The notes below the pieces were generated by a model. That model worked only from the letters and a program-made list of their open reading frames with translations. It ran no database searches and had not been told where the DNA came from. Shown piece by piece: positions 37,831-50,136 of a stretch of DNA of 64,000 nucleotides. Made by a program: the position numbers and the translations under genes. This DNA comes from Candidatus Eiseniibacteriota bacterium. GTDB lineage: Bacteria > Eisenbacteria > RBG-16-71-46 > CAIMUX01 > VGJL01. Numbering within the stretch: position 1 is the first letter of the stretch; each line of letters opens with the position of its first letter. Location of the stretch: the NCBI GenBank assembly GCA_963792585.1, contig CAWBWI010000003.1, forward strand, positions 1 to 64,000. The letters are read 5' to 3'.

Positions 37831-38926
37831 TCAGGCCTCCCCGGCGACGACCATCGGGAGGCCGATCACGGGGCCGAGGCGGTCCGCTGCCATGCCGCGG
37901 AGCCGCTCGGCGAGACTCGGCCGGTTCACGTCGGATGGCAGCACCACGATGGCACCGCTGAACCGTCGGCCCGCCTGCGCCAGACCCTCTGCCCCGGAGG
38001 CAGTCGGAAACCAGCCGCCCGCGTCCACGCCCGCGGCCGTCGCCGCCTCCAGGTAGGTGATCGATGGCCCCCCGGCCCTCGCGACGCGCGGTGGCGATGT
38101 CGAACAGCCGATCGGGTGACGGGCGGTTGGCGTCGTCGCCACGCCAGTCGTGATACGGGCTCGCAAAGCCCTCGGCCGAGCGGTCGACGATGACGAGGGC
38201 GCGATCCTCTCGCCGGGCGAGAGCCAGCGCGGTGATGAACGCCAGCCGGTCAGCCCCCCGACCCACGGCCACCACGACGGCTCCCGGGCCGGCATCGGAG
38301 GCAGGTTCGTCGAGCAGGACGTCGCTCGCCTTGACCAGCTCCAGGGCGGACGCCGAGGGCGGCACCTGGTCGACCGGTGGAGGCGGTGCCCCGATCGGCA
38401 GCAGGGTGCGGATGAGGAGGTCGACCACGTCCGCATCGTCGGAGACGAAGCCGACGAAGCGCTTGCCGGGACTTGCTGCGCCGCCGATGCCGAACGTCTT
38501 CGCGTCACCGAGCTCGTAGCTCACGAACGCCAGGGGCTCGGGCGAGTCGCTCACGAGGAACCACTGGTTCTCGAGGCGGCGGGTGTCGGCCGGCAATGCC
38601 CGGTAGTCGAGGTCGTCGAGGCCGAGGCCGTCGGCACGTTGCCCCGCCGCCCACGCGACCACCTGGGTTCCGGCAGCGAGGAGGGCTCGGTACCGCTCGG
38701 CCTCGACGTCGAACTTGGCGGCAGCCTGGAAGCCCACAAGGAGCCGTCCCCCGGTCGCGGCGCGCTCGATGTCCCGGGTCGTTCGCAGCATGGCACGCGG
38801 GTCGTAGGTGAAGCGGGTGGCATCAGGTGCGCGACCCAGTGCCTCGGCGAGACGTCGGCCGATCTCGAAGATCCCGGAGTCACCTGCCCCGACCGGGTAC
38901 GTCCAGTCCATTTCCCTGGTAGCCAT
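37831..38926 (-). CDS. DICT-like sensory domain fused to a USP-like domain (frameshift near 38060)
   Basis: GFQAAAKFDVEAERY...NQWFLV...RFVGFVSDDADVV (DICT pattern); AVVVAVG...ALALARRE..LVIVD (USP-like); AAGGAG RBS. Confidence 0.6.
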
Positions 38927-39002
38927 ATCGCTGAGCTCCTTGCGTTGGTCCGCTCCGGCTGCCTGCGGATGCACGAGACACTCGACTCCGCGAGCGAACC
39001 CG

Positions 39003-39569
39003 TCAGGCGGCGAGGACGGTGTTGCTGCGAGCGCGTTCGGCGAGCTCGGCGACCAGCTCGGCGATATCGGCGCGGATCCCCGCGTCCGTCAGGGCGAAGT
39101 CGTCGCGGAAGGCTCGTGCCGCGAACGGAACGGCGACGACATGGTCGAGCACGTCCGAACGCGTGCGGCCCAGGATCCGCACGACTGACTCGATCCCGCC
39201 GTTCGCACCACCCCCCCCGGTGGACGCGCCCATCACCGCGACGGGCTTTCCGGCCAAGATCCTGACCGGCCCGCGGGAGGCCCAGTCCAGGGCGTTCTTG
39301 AGGACACCACTCGTGGCGCCGTTGTACTCGGGCGTCGCGAGAAGCAGCGCGTCTGCATCGACGATGGCCCGCCGCAGGGCAACGACGGTCGCGGGAAGTC
39401 CCGCGTCCTCGAGATCCCCGTCGTAGAACGGGAGGGCGGCGAGCCCATCGAACGTCCCGGCGGATACACCGCTCGGGGCGAGCTGCGCAGCAGCACGCGC
39501 GAGCGCCCGGTTGTACGAGTCCCGCCGAAGGCTGCCCGCAAGGATCAGGATCTTGATCGTCTCGTCCAC
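39003..39569 (-). CDS. NADPH-dependent FMN reductase
   Basis: GSLRRDSYNRALA, LPFYDGDLE, TPEYNGATSGVLKNALDWASR. Confidence 0.93.
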   Translation of the reverse strand: MDETIKILILAGSLRRDSYNRALARAAAQLAPSGVSAGTFDGLAALPFYDGDLEDAGLPATVVALRRAIVDADALLLATPEYNGATSGVLKNALDWASRGPVRILAGKPVAVMGASTGGGGANGGIESVVRILGRTRSDVLDHVVAVPFAARAFRDDFALTDAGIRADIAELVAELAERARSNTVLAA

Positions 39570-39754
39570 CGTGTCGTTGACCTTCGTTCTTCCGTCTGGT
39601 GATTCGATTTCCACCCGCTGTCGATCTTGATTCGTTCGTGCGGCGCGCGCGGATGGGTCGAAGGACGCTGACCGGCTCCAACGCCCTTGCCGGTCTGACC
39701 GTCGGGGCGCGCCAGGTACTCCGGTTCCGCGCGGTCTGCGCCCCCGGCAACCCC

Positions 39755-41277
39755 CTACCGGACGAGCGCGCGCAGGTCGGCTCGAAGCAGCTTGCCGACC
39801 GAGCTCCGCGGCAGCCGGTCGAGGAACGTGATCGAGACGGCACCTCATGCGGCGCGAGCCGTCCGCGCGCGAACTCGATGAGCTCGGTATCGGCGACCGA
39901 GCTTCCGGGAGTCAGGACGACGAACGCCGCCCCGACCATATCGCCATCGGCGGTCACGATCGGCACGACCCCGGCGTCGACGACCGCGGGATGGGTCATG
40001 AGCTGGCGCTCGACATCGCCGGGATAGACCGTCCGACCGCCGACGATGAAGCCGGCGTCGACGCGATCGACGATCCAGACGTCGCCGTCGCCGTCCACGC
40101 GTGCCGCGTCTCCGGTGCGCAGCCAGCCATCGGCGACCAGCACCTCCCCGGTGTCGGCCGGTCGACGCCAGTACCCGGCCATGACGTTCGGGCCACGCGC
40201 CAGCAGCTCGCCGGTCTGGCCAGGCTCGACATCGTGCCCGTCCGGGATCGACGATCCGGATGTCGACGAGCAGTGGCGGCCGACCGGCCGACCCGACCTT
40301 CTGGAGCGAACGCTCGGCGTCGAGAAGCAGGACGAGGGGGCCTGCCTCGGAGAGCCCGTAGCCCTGGACCAGGGCGACCCCGCGGTCGTGGTAGGCGCGG
40401 ATCAACCGTTCGGGTACCGGTGCACCCCCGGTCAGGATGAACCGGATGCTGGACAGGTCGGCCACCGGCCAACGCTCGGCGCGCATCAGCTCGTCGAGCA
40501 CGTCCGGGTTGCCGAAGCCGACGCTGACACGATGCCGTTCGATGACCCCGAGGAGCCCGTCACCGGTGACGTCATCCGGCACGACGACGGTGCCCCCGAG
40601 AAAGAGCACGGGCAGGACGTTGACGCCCGTGCCGCCGACCCGGAAGAACGGGGCGATGGCGATCGTCACGTCGTCGCCCCTGAAGTCGGCGCGGGACAGG
40701 AAGTTGACGACGTTCCAGGTCACGTTGCCGTGGCTCAGCATCACGCCCTTGGGAGACCCGGTCGTGCCCGAGGTGTGGGGCAGGAACAGCAGGTCGTCGA
40801 GGGCGATACGTACGTCGGGCACGTGATCCGGCGACCCCGCGACGAACGCCTCGTAGTCGATGGCACCCGCGGCGACGCCTGGGCCGACGAGCGAGGCGGT
40901 GGCGAACCGAGGCGGGCGCGCGTGTGGGCGCCACGGCGTGATGCTCGATCAGCACCGTGGGCTCGGCGTCCTCCAGGATCAGGGCACGCTCGTTCGACGC
41001 CAGGCGGTGGTTGACCGGGGCAAGGACGGCACCGAGCGTGCCGGCTGCGAAGAACGCCTCGAGGAAGGCGCCATGGTTGGGGCCGATCCAGGCGACGCGA
41101 TCGCCGCGCACGACCCCGAGACGGTCGAGGCCGGCCGCCAGCCGGCGGATGCGCTCGGCCAGCTGCCCGTAGGTGACCGGTCGTCCTCCGGCTGATGATC
41201 GCGGGTCGATCCGGATCGACTCGCGCTCGCCGCTCGATCCACGAGCCGACGCCATGCCTGCCGCTCTCGAAGCTCAC
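39755..41277 (-). CDS. Acyl-CoA synthetase (AMP-forming, long-chain/MenE-like); multiple frameshifts
   Basis: HTSGTTGSPKGVMLSH, GYGLSEAGP, GWLRTGDAA, GKLLR across frames. Confidence 0.88.
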
Positions 41278-41418
41278 CGCTGCAGGATGCCAGACGACCG
41301 GAAGGGGTCAACCGCCGGCCCATCCGATCCTCGTCCGTTTGTCGTTCCGCCGCGCCACGGCCATCCGGGCCTATCCGGGCCAGACCGTCGTTTCGAGCCG
41401 TCAGCGCATACTCGTGGC

Positions 41419-42873
41419 ATGCGCATCCTCATCGTCGGCGCCAGCGGCTACATCGGCGGTCGCCTGGTCTCGCTGCTCCAGGCCGGGGCCACGACCTCGT
41501 CCTGCTGAGCCGCGACGCCCGGCCCCTCGCGGCCCGGTTCCCGGAGGCCAGGGTCGTCGCCGCCGACCTCCTCGACCGCACCGACACTGCCCCCGGCGCT
41601 CGAGGGGATCGAGGTCGCCTACTACCTGGCCCACTCGATGGGAGCCGGCGAACGGGGGTTCGCGGAGCGGGACCGGCAGGCGGCCCGCAACTTCGCGCAG
41701 GCGGCGAAGCACGCGGGCGTGGCGCGGATCATCTACCTGGGCGGCCTCGGCGACGACGCGGCGGACCTCTCGCACCACCTCGCCAGCCGCCACGAGACGG
41801 GCGCCGAGCTGGCGGCCCACGGCGTCCCGGTCACCGAGTTCCGGGCCGCGGTGATCATCGGGTCCGGCAGCGCGTCGTTCGAGATCCTGCGCCACCTGAC
41901 GGAGCGCCTGCCGGTCATGATCACGCCCCGCTGGGTGGCGCACCCGCTGCCAGCCGATCGGCATCCGCGACGTCCTGGACTACCTCGCGGCTGCGCTCGA
42001 CCACCCGGAGGTCACCGGGATCGTGGAGATCGGTGGGCCGGACGTCCTCTCCTACGGCGACATGATGCGGACCTACGCTCGCCTGCGCGGCCTGCGTCGG
42101 CTGATGATCCCCGTCCCGGTGCTCACCCCGCGCCTCTCCTCGTACTGGGTGAACCTCGTCTCGCCGGTGCCGGCAGGGATCGCCCGGCCGCTCATCGAGG
42201 GCCTGCGCAACGAGGTCGTCGTCCGCGAACCCGGGCCGGCCGCGCGCGTTCGGCCTGCGGCCCCTGCCATACGTCGAGGCACTCCAGCGGGCCATCGACC
42301 GCACCGACCGGCACGACGTCGAATCGACGTGGTTCGACGCGCTGGCTGCCCCCGACAAGGCGAGCCTCTCGTCGCTCACGTCCCACGAGGGGATGATCGT
42401 CGAGCGCCGGCAGCGAGCCGTCGCCGCACCACCCGAGCGGGTGTTCGCCGAGATCGAGCGGGTCGGCGGCGACGCCGGCTGGCCGTACGCGAACGTCCTG
42501 TGGCGCATCCGGGGCTTGGCGGATCGCGTCGTCGGCGGCGTCGGGATGCGACTGGGCCGTCGCGATCCCGAGCACCTGCGGGTCGGGGATGCGCTCGACT
42601 TCTGGCGCGTGGAGGAGGTCCGTCGGCCGACCCTGCTGCGCCTGCGGGCGGAGATGAAGGTGCCCGGGCCGGGCCTGGCTCCAGTACGAGGTGATGCCGG
42701 CCGACGGCGGCAGCCGCCTGGTCCAGACCGCCTTCTTCGAGCCGAAAGGGCTCCCGGGTCTCGCCTACTGGTACGTGCTCTACCCGGTCCACGGCCTGAT
42801 CTTCCGCGGGATGGCCCGCGTCCTCGCGGAGCGTGCCGTCCGCCGGGCCGATGGCGCTCCGCCAGCGAGCTGA
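41419..42873 (+). CDS. YbjT-like atypical SDR with C-terminal DUF2867 domain; multiple frameshifts
   Basis: GASGYIGGRL, YYLAHSM, FRAAVIIGSGSASFE, GDALDFWRVE, LRLRAEMKVPG, FFEPKGLPGLAYWY. Confidence 0.9.
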
Positions 42874-42921
42874 TCACCGGCTCGAGCGCTCGTCCGGGAT
42901 GTCAGCCAGCGGCGGGAGTCG

Positions 42922-43401
42922 TCACCGGCTTCGACGGGTGGGCGACACCCAGGTCAGGACGGCGACTGCGCCGATCACGGCGGCCACCGCAAGCCCCAGG
43001 CCCAGGATGGCGAAATCACCGGTCCACTCGACGGCCTGACCGAGGAAGGCGACGAGGAGGGCGACGATGATGACCTCGGTCAGGTTGTCCTTGAGGTCGT
43101 CGAGGGACTCGATCTTCAGCCACCCCGGGAGCGGCACGTCGTGATGGACGAAGAGCTGGTACAGGCCGGCCGAGATGACGAACAGGACGGTCCCGATCAG
43201 GAAGATGTCGATGATCGCCACCGTGTCGGCGATGAGGCCCTTGCTCGCCGCGGACGATGCCTCGCCGGCCCTGATGAGGTCGATGATCACGGCGAAGACG
43301 CGGATCAGTCCGAACACTTGCAGGGTGGCGGACGCCACGAACGTGCCCAGGACCGCCAGGACGATCAGGAATCGACTCGTGCCGAGGACATCACGAACCA
43401 T
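42922..43401 (-). CDS. YqhA/UPF0114-family membrane protein
   Basis: IDIFLIGTVLFVISAGLYQLFV...WLKIESLDDLK. Confidence 0.85.
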   Translation of the reverse strand: MVRDVLGTSRFLIVLAVLGTFVASATLQVFGLIRVFAVIIDLIRAGEASSAASKGLIADTVAIIDIFLIGTVLFVISAGLYQLFVHHDVPLPGWLKIESLDDLKDNLTEVIIVALLVAFLGQAVEWTGDFAILGLGLAVAAVIGAVAVLTWVSPTRRSR

Positions 43402-43548
43402 CGCCGAGCGATGGTACCCGACGCCATCTCGGTGCCGTTCGCGATCTGGGGCGTGTCCGGTGCAGCGTCGAGCGCCCCGGTCGCAACCCCGAGGGTGGCC
43501 CAGCCGTCCTAGAGCCGGGCCAACATGCACCAACCCGAGGTGACCACC

Positions 43549-44572
43549 GTGCGCATCCTTCCATTCCGAGCCGGCCTGTTGGTCGCCACGTCGCTCCTTT
43601 TCGTTGCGTGCGGCCAGGCTGCGCCCCCGAGCGAGGGCAGCGAGATCCCCGGGCGCATCGCCTACCGCCACTCCGGCGGGAACCGCGGCGTCCCCGGGGG
43701 CAGCAAGCCCCCCACCAAGCGCGATGTCAGAGGCCCTCATCCAGGAGTCGATCGCGTTCCGGTCACTCCGGGGTCTGCGCGCCGACGAGGCGTGGGTCCG
43801 CGAGGTCGCGGCGGATGCTCGGAGCACGATGACGTTCGGCGTGCCGCTCCTCCCCGACGAAGCGGCTGGACTCGAGGCTCGTCCCCGGGAGTTCCGCGAG
43901 CTCGTTCCGCTGCTCCAGGACTACGCGGCGCAATACCCCGGGGAGTTCGGTGGGATGTACGTGGACCCGCCCGGCGGGACCCGGATCATCCTCATGTTCA
44001 CGCGTCGACTGGCGGACCACGAGGCCGCGCTCGCGAAGCTCGTTCATCCCGCCGTCTGGCTGCAACTCCGGGAGACGCGGATCGCCGAGAGCGACCTGGA
44101 CGCCCTGATGGAGCGGATCGCACAGGATCAGGAGGCACTCCGAGGGATCGGCGCCTTCGTCGTCGAGATGAGCCGCGATGACGTCGCACGTACGGTGAAC
44201 GTCCGCCTTTCGACCGAACGATCCGACGCAGCGGGCCTGTTCGTCGGCATGTACGGGCCGAACGTGACCACTGAGGTGATCGACCCGACGGGCGCCTACC
44301 TCAAACCAAGGGCGACGCTCGTCGGTCGCACCGTCGATGCGTCCGGACGCGGCGTGGCGGCGGTCATCGGCCTCAAGCCGCTCTTCGCGGACGGGCTGCC
44401 ATTCGACGCAATCGGCTATGACCCGAAACCGGACGGCACGTTCCGGTTCGAGGACCAGCTGCCAGGTCGATGGTTGGTCACCGCGGACGCCGCCGGGTAT
44501 CAACCGGTCTCCGTGGAGACGGAACTCACGCCTGGGGCCGTCACCACGCTCGAGATCGTCATGAAGCCATAG
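43549..44572 (+). CDS. Putative lipoprotein with C-terminal carboxypeptidase-regulatory-like domain (frameshift after lipobox)
   Basis: FVAC lipobox; GRTVDASGRGV...DGTFRFEDQLPGRWLVTADAAGY. Confidence 0.65.
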
Positions 44573-44731
44573 CCTCTTGCGCCGGTCGTTGCGCCGGCCC
44601 GCGCGGTCCTCGCGGCTCTTGTCGTGCCTGCTAGCGTAGGCACCAAGCCGGGGACGATATTCGAACGCCCGGCGCGGCCTGGAGGATGGCCGCCGGTGTC
44701 GTTCGGAACCCGCACCCCGAGGCATGGACCG

Positions 44732-45679
44732 ATGGCTGAGACCCGACCCCTGCTCGAGTGCCGCGACCTGCGCAAGCAGTACGGCGAACGGACCGCCGTG
44801 GACGGGATCAGTTTCGAGATCGCACCCGGCGAGACGTACGGGCTCCTCGGCCCCAACGGCGCCGGCAAGACGACGACGATCTCGATGATCTGCGGCCTGC
44901 TGCGCCGCGACGGCGGCGAGGTGGTCGTGGCCGGCCGACCGGTCGACATCGGCGCTACCGAGGCGAAGGCGTCGATCGGCTACGTCCCGCAGGATCTCGC
45001 GATCTACCCGGACCTGACCGCGCGGGAGAACCTCAGGTTCTTCGGCCGATTGCAGCGCCTCGGTGGTCACGACCTGGATCGGCGCGTGGACGAGATCCTG
45101 GCCCTGACGGACCTGGCGGATCGGGCCAAGGACCGCGTCGACAGCTTCTCGGGAGGGATGAAGCGCCGGCTCAACATCGGGATCGGGCTGCTCCACCGAC
45201 CCGAACTGCTGGTCCTCGACGAACCGACCGTCGGGGTGGACCCGCAGAGCCGCAATGCGATCCTGTCGAGCGTCGCGGACCTTGGTCGCGAGGGGATGGC
45301 GGTCCTCTACACCACCCACTACATGGAGGAGGCGGAGCGACTCTGCGACCGCATCGGGATCATCGACGAGGGACGGATCAAGGCCGAGGGTACCCGTCGC
45401 GAGCTCGTCGCCCTGGTCGGACAGAAGGACCGCGTCGAGCTGGTCGCGACCGGCGCCGTCGGGCCGGCGACCACGGCCCTCGGAGCACTCGACTTCGTCG
45501 CGGAGGCCATCCGCGAGGACGAGCGGATCGAGCTCGTCGTGGACGAGGCGCGGAACCACCTTCCCGGCATCATCGAGACTGCGGTCGCCCAGGGCGCGGT
45601 CATCAACAGCGTCCAGGTCGTGGAGCCGGACCTGGAGGCGGTCTTCCTCCACCTGACCGGCAAGGCGCTGCGGGACTGA
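44732..45679 (+). CDS. ABC-2 type exporter ATP-binding protein
   Basis: GPNGAGKTT, FSGGMKRRL, LDEPTVGVDPQSR, TTHYMEEAERLCD. Confidence 0.95.
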   Translation: MAETRPLLECRDLRKQYGERTAVDGISFEIAPGETYGLLGPNGAGKTTTISMICGLLRRDGGEVVVAGRPVDIGATEAKASIGYVPQDLAIYPDLTARENLRFFGRLQRLGGHDLDRRVDEILALTDLADRAKDRVDSFSGGMKRRLNIGIGLLHRPELLVLDEPTVGVDPQSRNAILSSVADLGREGMAVLYTTHYMEEAERLCDRIGIIDEGRIKAEGTRRELVALVGQKDRVELVATGAVGPATTALGALDFVAEAIREDERIELVVDEARNHLPGIIETAVAQGAVINSVQVVEPDLEAVFLHLTGKALRD

Positions 45680-45682
45680 CCG

Positions 45683-46863
45683 ATGCGCGCCGCGATGATC
45701 ATCGCCGTCAAGGACCTGCGCCAGAAGGTCGGCGATCGTTCGGCGCTGTTCCTGGCGGTCCTGGCGCCGCTGGGCCTGGCGTTCCTGTTCTCGCTGATGA
45801 TCCCGAGCCAGGGCGACTTCCATGCCACGTACGTGGTCGTGCGACCTCGACGGCGGCCCGCTCGCGCCAGGGGTTGCGCTCCGGTCCCCTCCAGGGGCTC
45901 GCCGACGCCGACGTGGCGACCATCACGAGCGCCGGATTCCGAGGCCGACGCCAGGGCGCAGGTGGAAGCCGGCGACGCCGATGCGGCCATCGTCATCCCG
46001 GTCGGCTTCTCCGACGCGATCCAGGCGGGCGAGGCCGGCGAAGCTGCGCGATCATCGGAGGCCCCGGGACCCTCGCGGTGGAGGTCGCCAGATCCGTGCT
46101 GGCCGGGTTCGGCAGCGAGGTCACGTCCGTCCAGGTCGGCGTCCGTGCCGCGCTGGCGGCGACCGGCGACGCACCCGAGCCGTCGCTCCTCGCAACGACT
46201 CGCCCAGGACGCCATCGCGATCCCGGCGCCGATCGTCGTCGCCGCCGACACGACGGCCGAGCGGCAAGCCTCGTCGACGACGTACTACGGCGCCTCGATG
46301 GCGGTGCTGTTCGTCTTCTTCGCGGCCCAGTTCGGCGTCGTCGGACTGCTTGCCGAGCGGCGGACCGGCACGCTGGCCCGGATGCTCGCGTCGCCGATCG
46401 GCCCGAGCTCCATCCTGCTGGGCAAGGTGCTGGTCAGCCTGGTCATCTCGATCGTGTCGATGAGCGTGATGGTGATCGCGACGACGCTCCTCCTCGGCGC
46501 TCGTTGGGGTGACCCCCTGGCGGTCGCCGCCCTCATCGGGGCGATGGCGATCGCGGCGACGGGTATCGCCACGCTCGTGGTCGGGTTCGCGAGGACCGAG
46601 GAGCAGGCCGGCGGTGCCATCGCGATCGTGGCCCTGACGCTGGCCGTCCTCGGGGGATCGTTCTTCCCGCTCTCCCAGGCGCCGGAGGGCATGGCCTCGC
46701 TCAGCCTGATCACGCCGCATGCCTGGTTCCTCCGCGGCATCAACGATCTCGCCGGCGGGGGATCCATCGGCACGGTCGCGTTTCCGTCCTGGTGCTGCTC
46801 GCGGTCGGTGTCGTGACCGGCGGGATCGGGCTGGCACGGGCGCGTCAGGTGGTCACGCCGTGA
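45683..46863 (+). CDS. ABC-2 exporter permease 1 (frameshifted)
   Basis: KDLRQ..GDR, ERRTGTLARML, LGGSFFPL, TPHAW. Confidence 0.85.
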
Positions 46864-48024
46864 GGGCGCTCGCCATCGCCGGGGTCAACCTGCGGCGGCT
46901 GTTCCGCGACCGGACCGGGCTGTTCTTCATCTTCGTCCTGCCGGTCGTCCTGATCGTCGTGCTCGGCACGGTCTTCGGCGGCCGCACGGCACCGCGGCTC
47001 GGGGATCGTCGTGGTGGACGCCGGCCCGCTTGCGGGCGAGCTGGCCGATGCGGTCCGCGACGGCGAGGTCCGGCTCGAGGTCACGACACCCGTGGACGAG
47101 GACCGGCTGCGGACCGCCGTCGAGGAGGGCTCGCTGGAGCTCGGACTCGTCGTGCCGGCCGGCTACGACGCGGCCCTGCGAGACGGGGGACGGGCCGAGG
47201 TGACCGTGATCGGTCTACCCACGACCGCGCTGTCGGCACTCCGCCGCGCCGTTGATACCGCGGTGGCAGAGCAGGCCGCCCGGATCCGGGCCGCCCGCCT
47301 GGTACAGGCGGAGGCCGGCGTCGGGTTCGACGAGGCGCTCGCGATCGCCACGGCGGTCCAGGCCGCGACACCCGCGATGGACGTCACGGTCGAACGGATC
47401 GGCGAGGGCATCTTCCCGGAGGGCACGGCGGCGTTCGCGCCCGGCGCCCAGAGCCAGCTCGTCCTGTTCATGTTCCTGACGTCGATGACGGCGGCCACCC
47501 AGATCATCCTGAGCCGTCAGCTTGGCGTTTCCCGGCGGATGCTGGCCGCCCCCATCGGGATCACGACGATCGTGGTCGGCGAGGTACTCGGCCGCTTCGG
47601 CGTGGCGATGGTCCAGGGACTGTTCATCGTGTTCCTGTCGGCCCTGGCGTTCGGTGTGCCGTGGGGCGATCCACTGGCGGCCGGGATGCTCGTGGTCGTG
47701 TTCGCGCTGGTCGGCACGGGCGCCGCGATGGTCGTGGGGGTGTTCGCGAACGACGTCGACCAGGCGGGCTCGCTCGGCGTGATGGCCGGGATGCTGCTCG
47801 GTGCCCTCGGCGGCGCGATGGTGCCGCTCGAGATCTTCCCCGAACCGATGCATACGCTCGCATACGCGACGCCGCAGGCCTGGGCGATCCAGGGTCTGCG
47901 AACGGTCGGCCTGCGCGACGGTGGCGTGGCCGACATCCTCGTCGAGCTCGCGGTGCTGAGCCTGTTCGCGCTGGGCCTGATCGCCCTCGGGACGTGGCGG
48001 TTCCGACGCGTGCTCTCGCGCTGA
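46860..48024 (+). CDS. ABC-2 exporter permease 2 (frameshifted)
   Basis: NLRRLFRDRTGLFF, QLVLFMFL, LGGAMVPLEIFP, TPQAWA. Confidence 0.85.
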
Positions 48025-48039
48025 CGGGGGCGCGGCGGC

Positions 48040-48474
48040 TCAGGCCCGTCGGTATCCGATCTCCCAGACCACGGTCCACGATCCTCCGTCGTCGGCCGAG
48101 CGTTGCCACTGCCAGCGGAGGGCGTCCGTCGTCACGTCCAGCCAGATCATCCGTTGCAGGACCGGCAGCCCCTCCACGCTCGCCTCGCGCTGGAAGCTGA
48201 TCCGCCCATCGACTTCGACGCCGGTGAAGTCGAGATACGCGCCGTTCGAATCGACCCACGTCTGCCGCCAGCGGCCGTCGGTGGCATCCCGGACGGACAG
48301 GCTCCGGCCGCGCAGGGTGCCATCCACGTCACCCCCGTCGAACGTCTCCTCGATGACGCGGTCCTCGAGGACCCGGCGGATCGTGTTCGTACCGCGGCCA
48401 CCGCCTGGCCAGGCAAGGACCCAGGTTCCCAGCCAGAAGTCGAGGGCGTCGGGCCCGAGCGGGTCGTCCGTCAT
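48040..48474 (-). CDS. Hypothetical beta-barrel protein (DUF1579-like)
   Basis: LDFWLGTW, WRQTWVDSNG, WQWQRSADDGGSW. Confidence 0.7.
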   Translation of the reverse strand: MTDDPLGPDALDFWLGTWVLAWPGGGRGTNTIRRVLEDRVIEETFDGGDVDGTLRGRSLSVRDATDGRWRQTWVDSNGAYLDFTGVEVDGRISFQREASVEGLPVLQRMIWLDVTTDALRWQWQRSADDGGSWTVVWEIGYRRA

Positions 48475-48564
48475 CCGGTCATGAAACGACCTAGCGGGCC
48501 GGGCGTCAATCAGGTGGGTACGATGCGTGTGCGCAATCGGCGCCAGCGCAGACGGAGGGCGACC

Positions 48565-48930
48565 GTGACATCCGGATCCAAGCTCGAGCCCGTCGTCGAG
48601 GACCCCGAACTCCTCCGGCGGCTCGCCGCCGAACGGGTCCCGCTGACCGTCTGCCCGATGAGCAACATCGTCATCGCGAACCGGTACGGGTCGCTCGCGG
48701 AGCACCCGTTTCGGGCCATGCGTGACGCCGGCCTGCTCATGACGGTGAACACGGACGACCCCGCGATGATGGGCTGGGACCTGGGTCGCGAATACGAGGC
48801 GCTCGGGGCGGCAATGGGCTACGACCTCCGCGAGCTCGGGCGCATCGCGGTCGAGGGGATCGACTCCACTTGGCTGGACGCGACGGAGCGGGCATCGCTG
48901 GCCCGGGAGTTCGAGTCGGCCCTGGACTGA
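48565..48930 (+). pseudogene. add: Adenosine deaminase C-terminal fragment
   Basis: VPLTVCPMSN, HPF, TVNTDDPAM present; N-terminal HxH half absent. Confidence 0.75.
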
Positions 48931-48996
48931 CCGATCCGACGCCGATCCGACGCCGACGGCGCCGCGTTCGGTACAGTGGCGTGGAAGGGAGTCCTG

Positions 48997-50136
48997 ATGC
49001 ATCGAGTCCTGGTCCTGGGTGGTGGGTTCGGCGGGATCGCCACGGCCGTCGCGCTGCGGGCGCGACTCGAGCCCGATGACGAGGTCGTGCTCGTCGAGCG
49101 CCGCCCGACCTTCGTCATGGGCCTTCGCAAGAACTGGGTGCTCGTTGGCGCCTCCACGATCGCCGAGGGCGAGCGGTCGCTGGCGCTCCTCGAGGGCCGC
49201 GGCATCCGGCTCGTCGCCGGCACGATCGATTCGATCGACCCTGTCGGGCGCGCGGTGGACGTTGACGGCCGACGACTGGAGGCGGACGCGCTCGTCGTCG
49301 CGCTCGGGGCGCAACGCGACCCCGACGCGATCCCGGGATTCCGCGACCACGCGATCGACGTCTACGACGCCTCAGCGAGCGAGACTGGCGCCGCCGCCAT
49401 CGAGCGGTTCGCCGGCGGGCGGGTCCTGATCGGCGTGTTCGGCGCACCGTACCCGTGCCCACCGGGGCCATACGAGCTCGCGCTTCTGCTCGCCGAGCGC
49501 CTGGAGGCGCGTGGCGTGCCCGGCGGGGTGTTCGTCTTCTCGCCCCAGCCGGGTTCGCTGCCGATCCTGGGCACCGACGGTTGTGCGTCATTCGATGGTC
49601 GACTCGCCAACGCGGGCATCACCTTCCGACCGAAGACGCAGGCGACGTCCGTCGAGCCCGGCGCGGTCATCACCGCGGACGGCGTGCGCATCCCGTTCGA
49701 CCTGCTCCTGGGCGTGCCGCCACATCGGGCTCCGTCGGTCGTGGGCGCCGCCGGTCTGACCGGTCCGAGCGGTTGGGTCGGCGTCGACGCCCGGACCCTC
49801 GAGACGCGCTTCGCGGGGGTGTACGCCATCGGCGATGTCACGGCGATCCCGCTGGCGAACGGGATGGCGCTTCCCAAGGCGGGGGTCTTCGCCCATGGCG
49901 AGGGCGAGGTCGTGGCCGCCCGGATCACGGACGTGCTCGCGGGTCGGGAGCCGTCGGCGACGTTCGCGGGACAGGGGACGTGCTTCCTGGAGACCGGGCA
50001 CGGTGCCGCGACCGTGGTCGAGGGCGACTTCTACGCGGATCCACCGGCCGTCGGCCTCGGCGCGGATTCTGCGGCGAATCTCGCCGCCAAGCACGCCTTC
50101 GAGTCGGATCGCCTCACCGCCTGGTTCGGCGGCTGA
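48997..50136 (+). CDS. Sulfide:quinone oxidoreductase-like flavoprotein
   Basis: GGGFGG, CPPGPYE, YAIGDV, LPKAGVFAH, TCFLETG. Confidence 0.8.
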   Translation: MHRVLVLGGGFGGIATAVALRARLEPDDEVVLVERRPTFVMGLRKNWVLVGASTIAEGERSLALLEGRGIRLVAGTIDSIDPVGRAVDVDGRRLEADALVVALGAQRDPDAIPGFRDHAIDVYDASASETGAAAIERFAGGRVLIGVFGAPYPCPPGPYELALLLAERLEARGVPGGVFVFSPQPGSLPILGTDGCASFDGRLANAGITFRPKTQATSVEPGAVITADGVRIPFDLLLGVPPHRAPSVVGAAGLTGPSGWVGVDARTLETRFAGVYAIGDVTAIPLANGMALPKAGVFAHGEGEVVAARITDVLAGREPSATFAGQGTCFLETGHGAATVVEGDFYADPPAVGLGADSAANLAAKHAFESDRLTAWFGG

